Assembly: GCA_035455565.1 (NCBI GenBank)
Contig: DATIEU010000251.1
Location: 1 to 46,636, forward strand
DNA from: Steroidobacteraceae bacterium
GTDB taxonomy: Bacteria > Pseudomonadota > Gammaproteobacteria > Steroidobacterales > Steroidobacteraceae
Direction: 5' to 3'
Length of the DNA stretch: 46,636 bases
Part shown: in pieces, positions 22,940 through 32,851 of the stretch
Position numbering within the stretch: position 1 is the first letter of the stretch
How the letters are laid out: each line of letters opens with the position of its first letter
Made by a program: the position numbers and the translations under genes
Notes under the pieces: model-generated
What the model saw: only the letters and a program-made list of their open reading frames with translations
Told to the model about the DNA's origin: nothing
Database searches by the model: none

Positions 22940-24257
22940 GGTCCTCGTCCTTGGCGAGCTCGCCGAGGTGCTCATCGACGTAGCGCGCATCGATCACGAC
23001 CGATTCACCCTGGCGCTCGGTTGCATCGAACGACACCACTTCGAGCATTCGCTCCATGACCGTGTGCAGGCGCCGGGCGCCAATGTTCTCGGTGCGCTCG
23101 TTGACCTGGCAGGCAATCTCGGCAATGCGGCGCACGCCGCTCGGATCGAAACTCACCTTGAGCCCCTCGGTCGCCATGAGCGCGGTGTACTGCGTGCAGA
23201 GCGAAGCGTCCGGTTCGGTGAGGATGCGCACGAAGTCCTCGACCTTGAGCGCCTCGAGCTCCACGCGGATCGGGAGCCGCCCCTGCAGTTCCGGGATGAG
23301 ATCCGAGGGCTTCGACATGTGAAACGCGCCGGAGGCGATGAAGAGCATGTGATCCGTCTTCACCATGCCGTACTTGGTGTTGACGGTGCAGCCTTCGATG
23401 AGCGGCAGGAGGTCGCGCTGCACGCCCTCGCGTGACACGTCAGCGCCGATGGTCTCCTGGCGGCGCGCCAGCTTGTCGATCTCGTCAATGAAAACGATGC
23501 CGTTCTGCTCGGCGTTGTAGAGGGCCTGCGCCTTCAATTCCTCTTCGTTGATCATCTTGGCGGCTTCCTCGTCCGTGAGGAGTTTCTTCGCTTCCGTGAT
23601 CTTCACCTTGCGGGTGCGCGTGCGGCCGCCGCCCAGGTTCTGGAACATCGATTGCAGCTGCTGGGACATTTCCTCCATGCCCGGGGGCGCCATGATCTCG
23701 ATGCCGAACGGCTGGGCGCGCACCTCGACCTCGACTTCGCGCTGATCGAGCTCCCCTTCGCGCAGCATCTTGCGGAATTTCTGGCGGGTATCGGCATCGC
23801 GCGGCGCGGCCGGCGCATCCGTCGAGAACCCGAGCGTGCGCGGCTGCGGCAGCAGGATGTCGAGGATGCGATCCTCGGCGGCGTCCTGGGCGCGATGGCG
23901 AACCTTTTCCACTTCCTGCTCGCGCGTCATCTTCACGGCCACGTCGATGAGATCCTTGACGATCGAGTCGACGTCGCGACCCACGTAACCCACTTCGGTG
24001 AACTTGGTCGCCTCGATCTTCACGAACGGTGAGTTGGCGAGCTTGGCGAGACGACGAGCGATCTCGGTCTTGCCGACACCGGTCGGTCCGATCATGAGAA
24101 TGTTCTTGGGCGTGATTTCCTGGCGCAAGGGCTCGGCGACCTGGAGGCGGCGCCAGCGGTTGCGCAGCGCAATCGCGACGGCGCGCTTGGCCGCTGCCTG
24201 GCCGACGATGTGCTTGTCGAGTTCCTGGACGATCTTGCGTGGCGTCATGCTGGACAT
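22920..24257 (-). CDS. hslU: ATP-dependent protease ATPase subunit HslU
   Basis: 445 aa: [34 protein letters not shown], Walker [25 protein letters not shown] and the C-terminal DLSRYIL. Confidence 0.97.
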   Translation of the reverse strand: MSSMTPRKIVQELDKHIVGQAAAKRAVAIALRNRWRRLQVAEPLRQEITPKNILMIGPTGVGKTEIARRLAKLANSPFVKIEATKFTEVGYVGRDVDSIVKDLIDVAVKMTREQEVEKVRHRAQDAAEDRILDILLPQPRTLGFSTDAPAAPRDADTRQKFRKMLREGELDQREVEVEVRAQPFGIEIMAPPGMEEMSQQLQSMFQNLGGGRTRTRKVKITEAKKLLTDEEAAKMINEEELKAQALYNAEQNGIVFIDEIDKLARRQETIGADVSREGVQRDLLPLIEGCTVNTKYGMVKTDHMLFIASGAFHMSKPSDLIPELQGRLPIRVELEALKVEDFVRILTEPDASLCTQYTALMATEGLKVSFDPSGVRRIAEIACQVNERTENIGARRLHTVMERMLEVVSFDATERQGESVVIDARYVDEHLGELAKDEDLSRYIL

Positions 24258-24270
24258 GTGTGGGGCAGTC

Positions 24271-24831
24271 TCACTGGGACGCGGACGTCGCGGGCAGCTC
24301 TTCGATCACGACGTTACGGTTGGTGTAGATGCAGATCTCGGCGGCGATGTCGAGGGACTTCTCGACGATGGTGCGCGCATCGAGCTTGGTGTGCTCGAGC
24401 AGGGCCCGGGCTGCGGCCTGGGCAAACGGACCGCCAGAACCCACTGCCATGAGCGGATGCTCGGGCTCGATCACGTCGCCGTTGCCGGAAATGACGAACG
24501 AACTCGCGGTGTCGGCCACGCACAGCAGCGCCTCGAGCCGGCGCAGGAAGCGATCGGTGCGCCAGTCCTTGGCGAGCTCGATCGCGGCCCGAGTGAGGTT
24601 GCCAAATTTCTCGAGCTTCCCCTCGAAGCGCTCGAACAGCGTGAAAGCATCGGCCGTGCCGCCGGCGAATCCCGCCAGTACCTTGCCGTTGTACAGGCGT
24701 CGCACCTTGCGTGCGTTGCCCTTCATGATCGTGTTGCCGAACGTAACCTGCCCGTCACCGCCCATGGCGACTCGCCCGTTGCGGCGCACGGCGAGAATCG
24801 TGGTGCCATGAAAGTTGAAGGCGTCGGTCAT
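24271..24831 (-). CDS. hslV: ATP-dependent protease peptidase subunit HslV
   Basis: ORF 24271..25107 trimmed to ATG 24831: [63 protein letters not shown]. The gene lies 13 nt upstream of hslU. Confidence 0.95.
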   Translation of the reverse strand: MTDAFNFHGTTILAVRRNGRVAMGGDGQVTFGNTIMKGNARKVRRLYNGKVLAGFAGGTADAFTLFERFEGKLEKFGNLTRAAIELAKDWRTDRFLRRLEALLCVADTASSFVISGNGDVIEPEHPLMAVGSGGPFAQAAARALLEHTKLDARTIVEKSLDIAAEICIYTNRNVVIEELPATSASQ

Positions 24832-24929
24832 CGGATCATTCTCCACTGGTGATCCACGTGCACGCTGCAAGCGCGACGTGGCGGACTGCAGGTTGCCGAT
24901 TGCGTTCGGCGCGCGGGTGAGGGGTCGAT

Positions 24930-24957
24930 ATATACGGCCCTGGCGCTGGAAATCAAG
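24930..24957 (-). promoter_or_regulatory. Candidate sigma32 (heat-shock) promoter for hslVU
   Basis: The minus strand reads CTTGATTT, then 12 nt, then CCGTATAT. The consensus is CTTGAAA-N13-15-CCCCATNT. It lies about 100 nt upstream of the hslV ATG. hslVU is a classical sigma32 regulon member. Confidence 0.4.
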
Positions 24958-24976
24958 ACGACTATGGACCTCGCTC

Positions 24977-25023
24977 GTACTGATAGCGGCGCAGCCGGTA
25001 AGTTCCGGCGCGCCGCGCAGTAC
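24977..25023 (-). terminator. GC-rich extended hairpin immediately downstream of the S8 protease stop
   Basis: Imperfect 47-nt palindrome GTACTG-ATA-GCGGCGC-A-GCCGG TAAGTT CCGGC GCGCCGC-G-CAGTAC. There is no clear U-tract, so intrinsic-terminator function is uncertain. Confidence 0.4.
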
Positions 25024-25027
25024 GAAC

Positions 25028-27907
25028 TCAGGGCCCGATCTGAATGGGCGTACTGGTTGTGACGAGCCCGTAGCCGTTCTGGGCGAACAGCCGGAACTCG
25101 TAGTCACCCGGAGTGCTTGGCATGTTTACGGTCCAAACGAAGGTCGTGTTCCCGGCGCCGACGTAGGTCCAGGCGAGGTACGCCGTGACAGGAGCGCCGA
25201 CACGAGCCAGCGCCAGCCAATCGCTCGCCACGCCGCTGCCATTGAGCAGCGTGACCGTCACAGGCATTCCGGGAGTCGCAACCATCGCGTTGACGCTGAG
25301 CGTCGGTGGCAGCGGAGTCGGCGGCGGTGGCGGCGGTGGCGGACTGGTGACGGTGATCGACTGGCTCGTGGCCGTGCGCGTATAACCGCCGGCGCTGAAC
25401 AGGCGGAACTCGTAGGTTCCTGGAGTGGACGGCATGTTGACGGTCCACACGAAGGTGGTGTTGCCGGCGCCGACGTAGGTCCAGTTGAGGTACGACGAAT
25501 TGCCGTCACCGACTCGCGCGAGTGCGAGCCAGTCGTTCGAGACACCGCTGCCGTTGGTGAGTGTCACGGTCACGGGGACGCCCGTGTTCACGGCCGTGGC
25601 GCTGACGGAAAGGGCAGGCGGATCGACCGGTGGAGGTGGCGGCGGCGGTGGCGGCGGTGTCGCACTCGTGACGGTGATCGTCGCGCTCGTGGCGGTGCGC
25701 GTATAACCGCCGGCACTGAACAGGCGGAACTCGTAGGCTCCCGCAGTGGACGGCATGTTGACGGTCCACACGAAGGTCGTGTTCCCGGCGCCGACATAGG
25801 TCCAGTTGAGGTACGTGGAATTCCCTGCACCGACTTGCGCGAGCGCGAGCCAGTCGCTCGAGACACCGCTGCCGTTGATGAGCGTCACGGTCACGGGAAC
25901 ACCCGTGCTCACGGCCGTGGCGCTGACGGACAGGGCAGGTGGATCGACCGGCGGAGGCGGTGGTGGTGGTGGCGGTGGTGTCGCACTCGTGACAGTGATC
26001 GGCTGGCTCGTGGCGGCGCGCGTGTAACCGCCGTCGGCGAACAGGCGAAACTCGTAGGTTCCCGGAGTGGACGGCATGTTGACGGTCCACACAAACGTCG
26101 TGTTCCCGGCGCCGACGTACGTCCACTTGACGTACGAGGAACTCCCATCACCGACTTGCGCCAGCGCGAGCCAGTCGTTCGCGATGCCGGTGCCATTGGT
26201 GAGCGTCAGGGTGACCGGAACGCCAGTGCCGGCGGTGGTCCGGTCTACGCTCAGCACCGGATGCGTTACCACGATCGGTACGACCGCGGAGGTACCGCCG
26301 CCCGGTGGCGGCGTCACGACAGTTATGGCGAACGATGTCGCCTGCGTTTGCAGATCGGCGGCGGTGACCTGGGCCCGCAGCTCGGTATCGCTGACGTAGG
26401 CCGTTGGCCGCGGCGCACCGTTGATGCGTACGACCGATGCTCGTCCGAATGCCAAGCCGAATGCATTGATGGTGGCACCGGACGTCCGTGCCGGGACCGA
26501 CGCTGGCGAAACCGACAGCAGGATCGGCGCGGGCGATTCGATCCCCAAAGCCGCGCCGAGCCGGATGCGCGGCTTGGTGACACTCCCACCGGTCCGTCCG
26601 TCAAATATGGGCTTGCCGGTGTCGGCCAATGACGCCAGCACCTGGTCCACTGAAGCGAGCGGGTTCGCCTGGCGCATCACCGCCCAGGCACCGGCGACGT
26701 GCGGCGTGGCCATGGAAGTGCCGCTGAAGGTCGCGAAGGCGCCACCTGGCACGGATGACACGATGCCGACGCCGGGTGCAAAGAGATCGAGGCCCGTCGC
26801 GACGTTCGAAAATGAGGCCACGCCATCATCGCTGTCCACGGCACCGACCGCGATGGCCGCGGCAATACATGCCGGCAAGCTGATCAACGACCGCTGCGAG
26901 CCGTTCCCCGAAGCGATCACCGTCGCAATGCCGGCCGCTTTCAGGTTGTTGATGACCGCGGCCATGGCCGGTATTGACGCGTCGCACGGCGTGAGTGCGG
27001 TGCTCCCGCCGAGACTCATGTTCACGGAAGCGAGGTTGTGGACAGTGCGCCGCGTATACACGTACTCGAGGGCGGCGGTGATGTCGCTGGTGAAGGCTCG
27101 GGCGCACGGAAAGGTCTCGGTGACTCCGCACGCCGTCGATCGATGAAAGACCTGCAACGCGAACAGGTTGGCCCCGGGAGCGACGCCAGTTGTGACGCCG
27201 GAACCGGCGGCAATGCCGGCAACGTGCGTGCCGTGCAGACAGGTACTGGGAGAGTACGGGCAGGGGACGGCGGCGCCGGCACCAAACTGCTGGTTGCTGC
27301 CGTTCGGGCAGCTGCCGGGATCGGTCGGTTCCTCGCGATCCGCGAAGCACGCTTCATCGATCACTCGGCCGGCGAGGAACGGGTGCGCGCTGTCGACTCC
27401 GGTGTCGAGGATCGCAATGACCGAGCCGCTGCCGATGAAACCCTGTGAGTGCGCGACATCCGCCTCGATCTGCGGGATGCTCCTGGCGAGCGTAGGTGCA
27501 AAGAGAAGATCCTCAGCGATCTGTGCGACGTCGCCGGTCGCTCTCTGGAGGCGGGCGAGGCCCGCCGCGTCGACTTCCACCACGATGTACGGGAGTGACT
27601 GGAACTCGCGGCGCACGTTGTGGTTTGTGCCGCGCAACTGCTCCCGGATCCGTTGTTGACGGGTGGCAATGTCCCGCCGGCGTTCGAGCTCTTGATCCGT
27701 GCCGACCTGGCGATCCGTGGCAGCCGGCTCCGTCGTGCGCAACTGGACGATGACGCGTGCGCGTCCGTCCGTGCTGACCTTCTTCTCTACCGCCTGTGAG
27801 GTGTCGACAGGATCGCCGGCGCCCTGTGCCATAAGCACTGGGGCGATCAGCGCAATACCGATCAGGATGCCATTCCGGAGCGTGTTGCCTAGCCGGGTCC
27901 GTTCCAT
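25028..27907 (-). CDS. Secreted S8 (subtilisin-like) serine peptidase with an IPT/Ig-like domain and four C-terminal repeat modules joined by poly-proline linkers
   Basis: 959 aa with a signal peptide ([30 protein letters not shown]) and an inhibitor_I9-like propeptide. Catalytic triad motifs are [16 protein letters not shown] and [11 protein letters not shown]. The C-terminal third is repeats (see the repeat feature). Confidence 0.9.
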   Translation of the reverse strand: MERTRLGNTLRNGILIGIALIAPVLMAQGAGDPVDTSQAVEKKVSTDGRARVIVQLRTTEPAATDRQVGTDQELERRRDIATRQQRIREQLRGTNHNVRREFQSLPYIVVEVDAAGLARLQRATGDVAQIAEDLLFAPTLARSIPQIEADVAHSQGFIGSGSVIAILDTGVDSAHPFLAGRVIDEACFADREEPTDPGSCPNGSNQQFGAGAAVPCPYSPSTCLHGTHVAGIAAGSGVTTGVAPGANLFALQVFHRSTACGVTETFPCARAFTSDITAALEYVYTRRTVHNLASVNMSLGGSTALTPCDASIPAMAAVINNLKAAGIATVIASGNGSQRSLISLPACIAAAIAVGAVDSDDGVASFSNVATGLDLFAPGVGIVSSVPGGAFATFSGTSMATPHVAGAWAVMRQANPLASVDQVLASLADTGKPIFDGRTGGSVTKPRIRLGAALGIESPAPILLSVSPASVPARTSGATINAFGLAFGRASVVRINGAPRPTAYVSDTELRAQVTAADLQTQATSFAITVVTPPPGGGTSAVVPIVVTHPVLSVDRTTAGTGVPVTLTLTNGTGIANDWLALAQVGDGSSSYVKWTYVGAGNTTFVWTVNMPSTPGTYEFRLFADGGYTRAATSQPITVTSATPPPPPPPPPPVDPPALSVSATAVSTGVPVTVTLINGSGVSSDWLALAQVGAGNSTYLNWTYVGAGNTTFVWTVNMPSTAGAYEFRLFSAGGYTRTATSATITVTSATPPPPPPPPPPVDPPALSVSATAVNTGVPVTVTLTNGSGVSNDWLALARVGDGNSSYLNWTYVGAGNTTFVWTVNMPSTPGTYEFRLFSAGGYTRTATSQSITVTSPPPPPPPPTPLPPTLSVNAMVATPGMPVTVTLLNGSGVASDWLALARVGAPVTAYLAWTYVGAGNTTFVWTVNMPSTPGDYEFRLFAQNGYGLVTTSTPIQIGP
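25031..26254 (-). repeat. Four tandem in-frame repeat units (about 321, 321, 312 and 270 nt) encoding a ~90-aa module plus a PPPPPPPP linker
   Basis: Units map to about 25934-26254, 25613-25933, 25301-25612 and 25031-25300. Each module reads [29 protein letters not shown]...[45 protein letters not shown]. The periodicity also shows in the shadow ORFs at 25185, 25485 and 25806. Nucleotide-level similarity between units is obvious by eye. Confidence 0.88.
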
Positions 27908-28086
27908 GGCGACTCACCTCTCGCACTGGACGTCGTTTTGATCGGCCAGCGGGCATCCGGGGCGCGCACAGAGATCGCGGTGTTATCCCCAGTTGGTCGA
28001 ATTACTGTTGTCTGGGCTGCCCGCCTGTTCTTTTCATCCGAGCATACGCCTGGAGTCCCAGAGGCTCAACGCACTCGGCAAAACCC

Positions 28087-29001
28087 TCAACGGTGCCGCT
28101 TGCGCCTGGCGCGCGGGTGCGCCGAGTCGTACACGCGGGCGAGGTGCTGGAAGTCGAGATGGGTATAGACCTGTGTGGTGCTGATGTTGGCGTGGCCGAG
28201 CAGTTCCTGTACGCCACGCAGATCGCCGCTCGATTCCAGCAGGTGCGTGGCAAACGAGTGCCGGAAGAGGTGCGGGTGCGCCTTCACGCCGAGACCCGAG
28301 CGACGCGCCCAGTGATCGACACGTAGTTGCACCGCGCGCACGCCCAGGCGCGTGCCGTTCTGGCCCACGAAGAGCGCATCCTCGGCCGCGGCCGCGGCCG
28401 CGAGCGCGCCGCGTTCCTTAAGCCAGCTCTTCAGTGCATCGAGCGCGCAACGCCCGATGGGCAGGATGCGCATCTTGTTGCCCTTGCCCATGACACGGAC
28501 AGTGTGGTCGGCGATATCAAGGTCGCTCCGATTGAGCGCCACCAGCTCCTGCAGGCGCAGGCCGGAGGAGTACAGCAGCTCGAGCATCGCCTTGTCGCGC
28601 ACATCGAGGCTCGCGTCGCTGCGAAACTCGAGCAGCCGCTGCATCTGGTCCGCATCGAGCGTATGCGGCAGGTGCTTGCCCGCTTTCGGGGCACGGACGT
28701 CGAGCCCCGGGTTGACGCTCTGTTCACCTTCGCGAATCAGGTAGGCGAAGAAGGTGCGAATGGCGGACAGCTGGCGCTGGATGCTGCGCGGCGAGAGCCC
28801 GCGCGCATGCTGGCGTGCGGCGAAGACTCGCACATGCTGGCTGTCGAGGTTGTTCCACGCAGCGAGTTTCTGCGATTCGCAGAATTCCGCGAGCGCGAGG
28901 AGATCGCGGTGATAGCTGCCCGAAGTCAGGGTCGAGAGGCGTCGCTCGGTGCGCAGATGACGCAGGAAGCGATCGATCAGCGCGCGCGCCCCGGCGTTCA
29001 T
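28087..29001 (-). CDS. xerC: Site-specific tyrosine recombinase XerC
   Basis: 304 aa. N-terminal core-binding domain (FLRHLRTERRLSTLTSGSYHRDL). Catalytic region ARL...HPHLFRHSFATHLLESSGDLRGVQELLGHANISTTQVYTHLD. The ATGA overlap with the upstream DUF484 gene and the dapF-DUF484-xerC synteny support the call. Confidence 0.92.
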   Translation of the reverse strand: MNAGARALIDRFLRHLRTERRLSTLTSGSYHRDLLALAEFCESQKLAAWNNLDSQHVRVFAARQHARGLSPRSIQRQLSAIRTFFAYLIREGEQSVNPGLDVRAPKAGKHLPHTLDADQMQRLLEFRSDASLDVRDKAMLELLYSSGLRLQELVALNRSDLDIADHTVRVMGKGNKMRILPIGRCALDALKSWLKERGALAAAAAAEDALFVGQNGTRLGVRAVQLRVDHWARRSGLGVKAHPHLFRHSFATHLLESSGDLRGVQELLGHANISTTQVYTHLDFQHLARVYDSAHPRARRKRHR

Positions 29002-29708
29002 CCGAACCGGGCGATGGCCTCGCGCAGGTGATCGCCCACCCGGGCCAGGAAGTCCGTGCTCATCGTCGGGTCGAAGCGGTCCGAGTCGCTGCTACCGATG
29101 GCGAGAAAGCCGAGCGCCGCGCTCTGGCCGATCGGTGCGAGCGCCACCGAGCCGATCTCGATGTTGCCGGAGCCGAAGAGATAGTCGCGCTGTGCATCGC
29201 GAACCTGGCCGCAGCGTGGCTTGGCGGCGCTCAGGAAGGTCTCGAACATCTTGAGGTCCGCAGTCTCGCGGCGCACCAGTCTCAGGAAGGGCCCAACGAG
29301 CGGCTTGAGCTCTTCAGTGTCCCGAAACAGCACCAGCACCGAGTGCATCGCTTCGAAATCCTCACGCAGCGACGCTTCGATCGCCACAACGGTTTCGGAC
29401 AGCGTGCAGGCGCGGATCAGGCGCCGGGCAAACCGGTGGATCTTTTCGGTGAGAAGCTCGTTCGCGCGTGCAACGTCGATCAGCTCATTGAGCTTGCGCT
29501 CGAGGCCCTGGTTGCGCTCGCGCAGGACGTCCACCTGGCGTTCGACCAGCGACACGGTCTGACCGGTATTGCGCAGGTGCGGTAGCCGCAGGCGCGTGAG
29601 CAGGCTTGAATGACGCTCGAAGAAGTCGGGATAGGTCTGCAGGTATTGCACCACCGCGTCATCCGTCAGCGTTTCCGTCTTCAGTCCCCGCGCCTGCTGG
29701 GTCGTCAT
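28998..29708 (-). CDS. DUF484 family protein (YigA-like)
   Basis: ORF 28998..29798 trimmed to ATG 29708 (MTTQQARGLKTETLTDDAVVQYLQTYPDFFERH...VSLVERQVDVLRERN). It sits in the conserved position between dapF and xerC. Confidence 0.85.
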   Translation of the reverse strand: MTTQQARGLKTETLTDDAVVQYLQTYPDFFERHSSLLTRLRLPHLRNTGQTVSLVERQVDVLRERNQGLERKLNELIDVARANELLTEKIHRFARRLIRACTLSETVVAIEASLREDFEAMHSVLVLFRDTEELKPLVGPFLRLVRRETADLKMFETFLSAAKPRCGQVRDAQRDYLFGSGNIEIGSVALAPIGQSAALGFLAIGSSDSDRFDPTMSTDFLARVGDHLREAIARFG

Positions 29709-29733
29709 TTCTTTCTGCCCCCTGTTGCCAATA

Positions 29734-30564
29734 TCAGATGTCCACCCGGCCTTCGAAGGATGTCTCCGTCGGCCCCTTGAGCCAGATGTGCTCGCCATCG
29801 CCCGGCCACGTCACGGTGAGACGTCCGCCGCGCAAGTCGACTGCCACGTCGCGCTCGAGCAATCCGTGCCGGCGGCCCACTGCGACCGCGGCGCACGCAC
29901 CCGTTCCGCATGCCAGCGTTTCGCCCGTGCCGCGTTCGTGCACTCGCAGGCGAATGTGACCCGGGGCGACGACTTCCATGAACTCGACGTTGGTCCGCTT
30001 GGGAAAACGCGGGTGATTCTCTACGGCGGGACCGAGCCTGTCCACGGGCGCGGCATCCACCGCAGCGACGCGAATCACCGCGTGCGGATTGCCGATCGAC
30101 ACGGCGCCGATCTCGACTTCGCTGCCACCGGCCTGCAGCGGGTAGATGTACGCTTCGCCGCTGGCCTCGAAGGGCAGTGCGCGTGGATCGAAATTCGGCA
30201 CGCCCATGTCCACGGACACGAGACCATCAGCGTGCACGCGCGCACGCACCAGCCCGCCGGGACTGTCCATCACCAGGTCACCGGGGCCGGCTCCCGATCG
30301 TTTCGTAATCAGCGCAGCGATGCAGCGTGCGCCATTGCCGCACTGTTCCACCTCGATCCCGTCGGCGTTGAAGATGCGATAGAACACCTGCGTGTCGGGC
30401 CGGCGCGCTGGCTCGAGCACCAGCGCCTGGTCGAAGCCGATCCCGGTATGTCGGTCGGCGAGCTTGCGGAAGGTTTCGGGGTCGGGGAGCGAGGCTTTCG
30501 GCGGGGCGTCGAAGACGATGAAATCGTTTCCGGTTCCATGCATCTTCACGAACTCGACCCGCAT
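29734..30564 (-). CDS. dapF: Diaminopimelate epimerase
   Basis: ORF 29734..30702 trimmed to ATG 30564: MRVEFVKMHGTGNDFIVFD...FNADGIEVEQCGNGARC...ERGTGETLACGTGACAA. Both catalytic Cys motifs are present. Confidence 0.93.
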   Translation of the reverse strand: MRVEFVKMHGTGNDFIVFDAPPKASLPDPETFRKLADRHTGIGFDQALVLEPARRPDTQVFYRIFNADGIEVEQCGNGARCIAALITKRSGAGPGDLVMDSPGGLVRARVHADGLVSVDMGVPNFDPRALPFEASGEAYIYPLQAGGSEVEIGAVSIGNPHAVIRVAAVDAAPVDRLGPAVENHPRFPKRTNVEFMEVVAPGHIRLRVHERGTGETLACGTGACAAVAVGRRHGLLERDVAVDLRGGRLTVTWPGDGEHIWLKGPTETSFEGRVDI

Positions 30565-30779
30565 GTCGCGAGGATACCCGAAGTGATACCGTCGTGGCGC
30601 AAGACTGTCGGCGTTGCGCGACGCAGGGAAAACACGCCGCGCGTGCGTTTTGAATGATTCGAAAGCCTCGCGAAGCCGAAAATGGGCACCATCGGGGCTC
30701 AATCTGTGCGTGGTTCGACAGTAATAGCCGTCAGTGTCCCCGAAGATTGCGCCCGGTCCTGAGTCCTGGAGTCGTGCCC

Positions 30780-31709
30780 ATGATGCGCATCCTGCTCACT
30801 TGCGTCCTGACGTTGCTGGTTTCCGCCGCATATGGCGAGGAACCGGCTCCGCAGGGAGAGACCGTTGCAGCCGAGTCCACCGAACCCGCCACGGTGGCGG
30901 AGGAACCCGAGTGGCCAGAGCTCAACTATCAGAACGGCGCAATCGTGCTGCCCAACAAGGTCGCGACGCTGTCGCTCACCGACCAATACCACTACCTCAG
31001 TCCCGAGGACACCGAGAAGATGCTGGTGGCCTGGGGCAACCCGCCGGGCTGGGAAACGCTCGGCGCAGTCGTTCCCGCGGATGTCGGGCCGTTCAGTGAG
31101 GATGGCTGGGCGGTGATCGTGACCTATATCGACGACGGCCACGTCAGCGACAAGGATGCCCACGAGATCGACTACAACGAGTTGCTCGCCGATATGCAGT
31201 CGGGCACTCGCGACGAAAGCGAGCAGCGTGTGAAGGAAGGCTACGAGGGCCTGGAACTGCTGGGCTGGGCGGCGCCGCCGCACTATGAAGAGGCGACGCG
31301 CAAACTCTACTGGGCCAAGGAGCTCAGGTTCGGCGGGAGCGAAGTGAACACGCTCAACTACGACGTGCGCGTCCTCGGTCGTGAAGGCGTGTTGTCGATG
31401 AACGCCGTCGCCGGCATGCCGCAGCTCGCCGGCATCGAGACCGACATGCAGCAGCTCCTCAAAGTCGCCGCCTTCAACGAAGGCTACCGTTACGAGGATT
31501 TCAACGAGGACACCGACCGGATGGCGGCCTATGGATTGGGCGCTCTGGTGGCGGGCGGTATCGCGGCCAAGGCCGGGTTCTTTGCCAAACTCGGCGCACT
31601 ATTGCTCGCGTTCAAGAAGTTCATCGTCATGGGACTCGTGGCGCTCGGCGCGTTCCTCGCCAAGCTGTTCCGCGGCCGCAAGGCCGGGAGCGAGGGCGTC
31701 AGCGGCTGA
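30780..31709 (+). CDS. DUF2167-like membrane-anchored protein
   Basis: ORF 30654..31709 trimmed to ATG 30780 (MMRILLTCVLTLLVSAAYG, signal peptide). The central LLGWAAPPHYEEATRKLYWAKELRFGGSEVNTLNYDVRVLGREGVL matches my recollection of DUF2167. There are two C-terminal hydrophobic helices. Confidence 0.65.
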   Translation: MMRILLTCVLTLLVSAAYGEEPAPQGETVAAESTEPATVAEEPEWPELNYQNGAIVLPNKVATLSLTDQYHYLSPEDTEKMLVAWGNPPGWETLGAVVPADVGPFSEDGWAVIVTYIDDGHVSDKDAHEIDYNELLADMQSGTRDESEQRVKEGYEGLELLGWAAPPHYEEATRKLYWAKELRFGGSEVNTLNYDVRVLGREGVLSMNAVAGMPQLAGIETDMQQLLKVAAFNEGYRYEDFNEDTDRMAAYGLGALVAGGIAAKAGFFAKLGALLLAFKKFIVMGLVALGAFLAKLFRGRKAGSEGVSG

Positions 31710-31769
31710 GCCGCGATCGCGATCCTCGACGCTGGCACGCCAGCGCGCCCTGCTGCAAGCTTGGCTCGC

Positions 31770-32837
31770 ATGAGCGAGCCGAGCGACGCGCTTCACCACG
31801 TCACGCTGCTGCCGGAAGGACGCACCTTCAGCGTGCGGCCTGACGAATCGATTCTCGATGCGGCCCTGCATCTCGGCATCAACCTGCCGCACAGCTGCAA
31901 GGGTGGGAGCTGCTCCGCTTGTCGGGCGCGCATCGTCTCTGGCCGCATCGTCTACCCATTCGGCAGGCCAGGGGGTCTCACAGCCGATGAAGAAGCGCAG
32001 GGCTTCGCGCTGCTCTGCGAGGCGCGGCCGGCCGGCGACGTCAGCGTCGATGTGCACGAGATCCGCCTCGCTGACCACGTCGAGATCAAGGACCTCCCGT
32101 GCCGCGTTGCGCGCAAGCAGTTGCTGGGTCCAGACGTCATGGCACTCTATCTGCAGCTGCCTGCGATCGAGACGTTCTATTTTCTGCCCGGTCAGTATCT
32201 CGACATCATGCTGCCCGGCGAACGGCGCCGCAGTTTCTCGATCGCCAGTCCTCCGCACGACAGCCGCTTCCTCGAGCTCCACGTCCGACGCGCGCCGGGC
32301 GGCGAATTCACGCAGCGCGTATTCACGGAGCTCAAGGAAAAGTCGCTGCTGCGAATCGAAGGTCCGTTGGGACAGTTCTGCTACAGCCACGATCCCGCCA
32401 CACCCGCGCTCCTGATCGGCGGGGGCACGGGCTTTGCGCCGCTCAAGGCGATCATCCGCCACGTTCTGGAAAAGGGGCTGCAGCGCGAGTTGCATCTTTA
32501 CTGGGGTGCGCGCACCCAGCCCGACCTGTATGAGGATCAGCTGGCGCGCGCCTGGGCGGCGCAGCACGCGAACTTTCACTACACACCCGTGCTCTCGGAG
32601 GTGGCAGGCGACGATTCGTGGTCGGGACGGCGCGGCCTCGTGCATGAAGCTGCTGTCGCCGATTTTCCGGACCTGAGCGGCGTGGACGTCTACGCGAGTG
32701 GTCCGCCCGCACTCATCGAGGCGATCCGGCGCGAGGGTACGGCACGCGGCCTGGCGGCCGAGCGGTTGCACTTCGATTCTTTCGAATACGCGCCGGATGC
32801 ATTGGCCAAGATGCGCCGGCTGAATCAGGCCCGGTAG
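31770..32837 (+). CDS. 2Fe-2S ferredoxin fused to an FNR-type flavin reductase (CDP-6-deoxy-delta-3,4-glucoseen reductase / AscD-like oxidoreductase)
   Basis: ATG at 31770 (MSEPSDALHHVTLLPEG...). Plant-type ferredoxin cysteines CKGGSCSAC...LLC. FAD motif RRSFSIAS. NAD(P)H motif LIGGGTGFAPLKA. Confidence 0.85.
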   Translation: MSEPSDALHHVTLLPEGRTFSVRPDESILDAALHLGINLPHSCKGGSCSACRARIVSGRIVYPFGRPGGLTADEEAQGFALLCEARPAGDVSVDVHEIRLADHVEIKDLPCRVARKQLLGPDVMALYLQLPAIETFYFLPGQYLDIMLPGERRRSFSIASPPHDSRFLELHVRRAPGGEFTQRVFTELKEKSLLRIEGPLGQFCYSHDPATPALLIGGGTGFAPLKAIIRHVLEKGLQRELHLYWGARTQPDLYEDQLARAWAAQHANFHYTPVLSEVAGDDSWSGRRGLVHEAAVADFPDLSGVDVYASGPPALIEAIRREGTARGLAAERLHFDSFEYAPDALAKMRRLNQAR

Positions 32838-32851
32838 CCGCTCGAGACGGT

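Noticed and set aside
24805-24831. HslV has 9 residues (MTDAFNFHG) before the catalytic Thr, unlike E. coli MTTIV
   Set aside because: As far as I recall, short N-terminal propeptides ending in FH(G/A)-TT are normal for HslV in Burkholderia- and Xanthomonas-type lineages. This is not an anomaly.
25300-25990. Runs of GGTGGCGGCGG / GGCGGTGG that might suggest G-quadruplex or CRISPR-like spacing
   Set aside because: They are the antisense of CCN proline codons in the protease linkers, recur with the coding repeat period, and have no unique spacers. The repeat array explains them.
24815-26632. 605-aa plus-strand ORF with a striking internal periodicity ([24 protein letters not shown] repeats)
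   Set aside because: It is the antisense image of the S8 protease repeat array. The periodicity comes from the repeats on the minus strand, and the minus frame carries the subtilase triad and a coherent domain structure.
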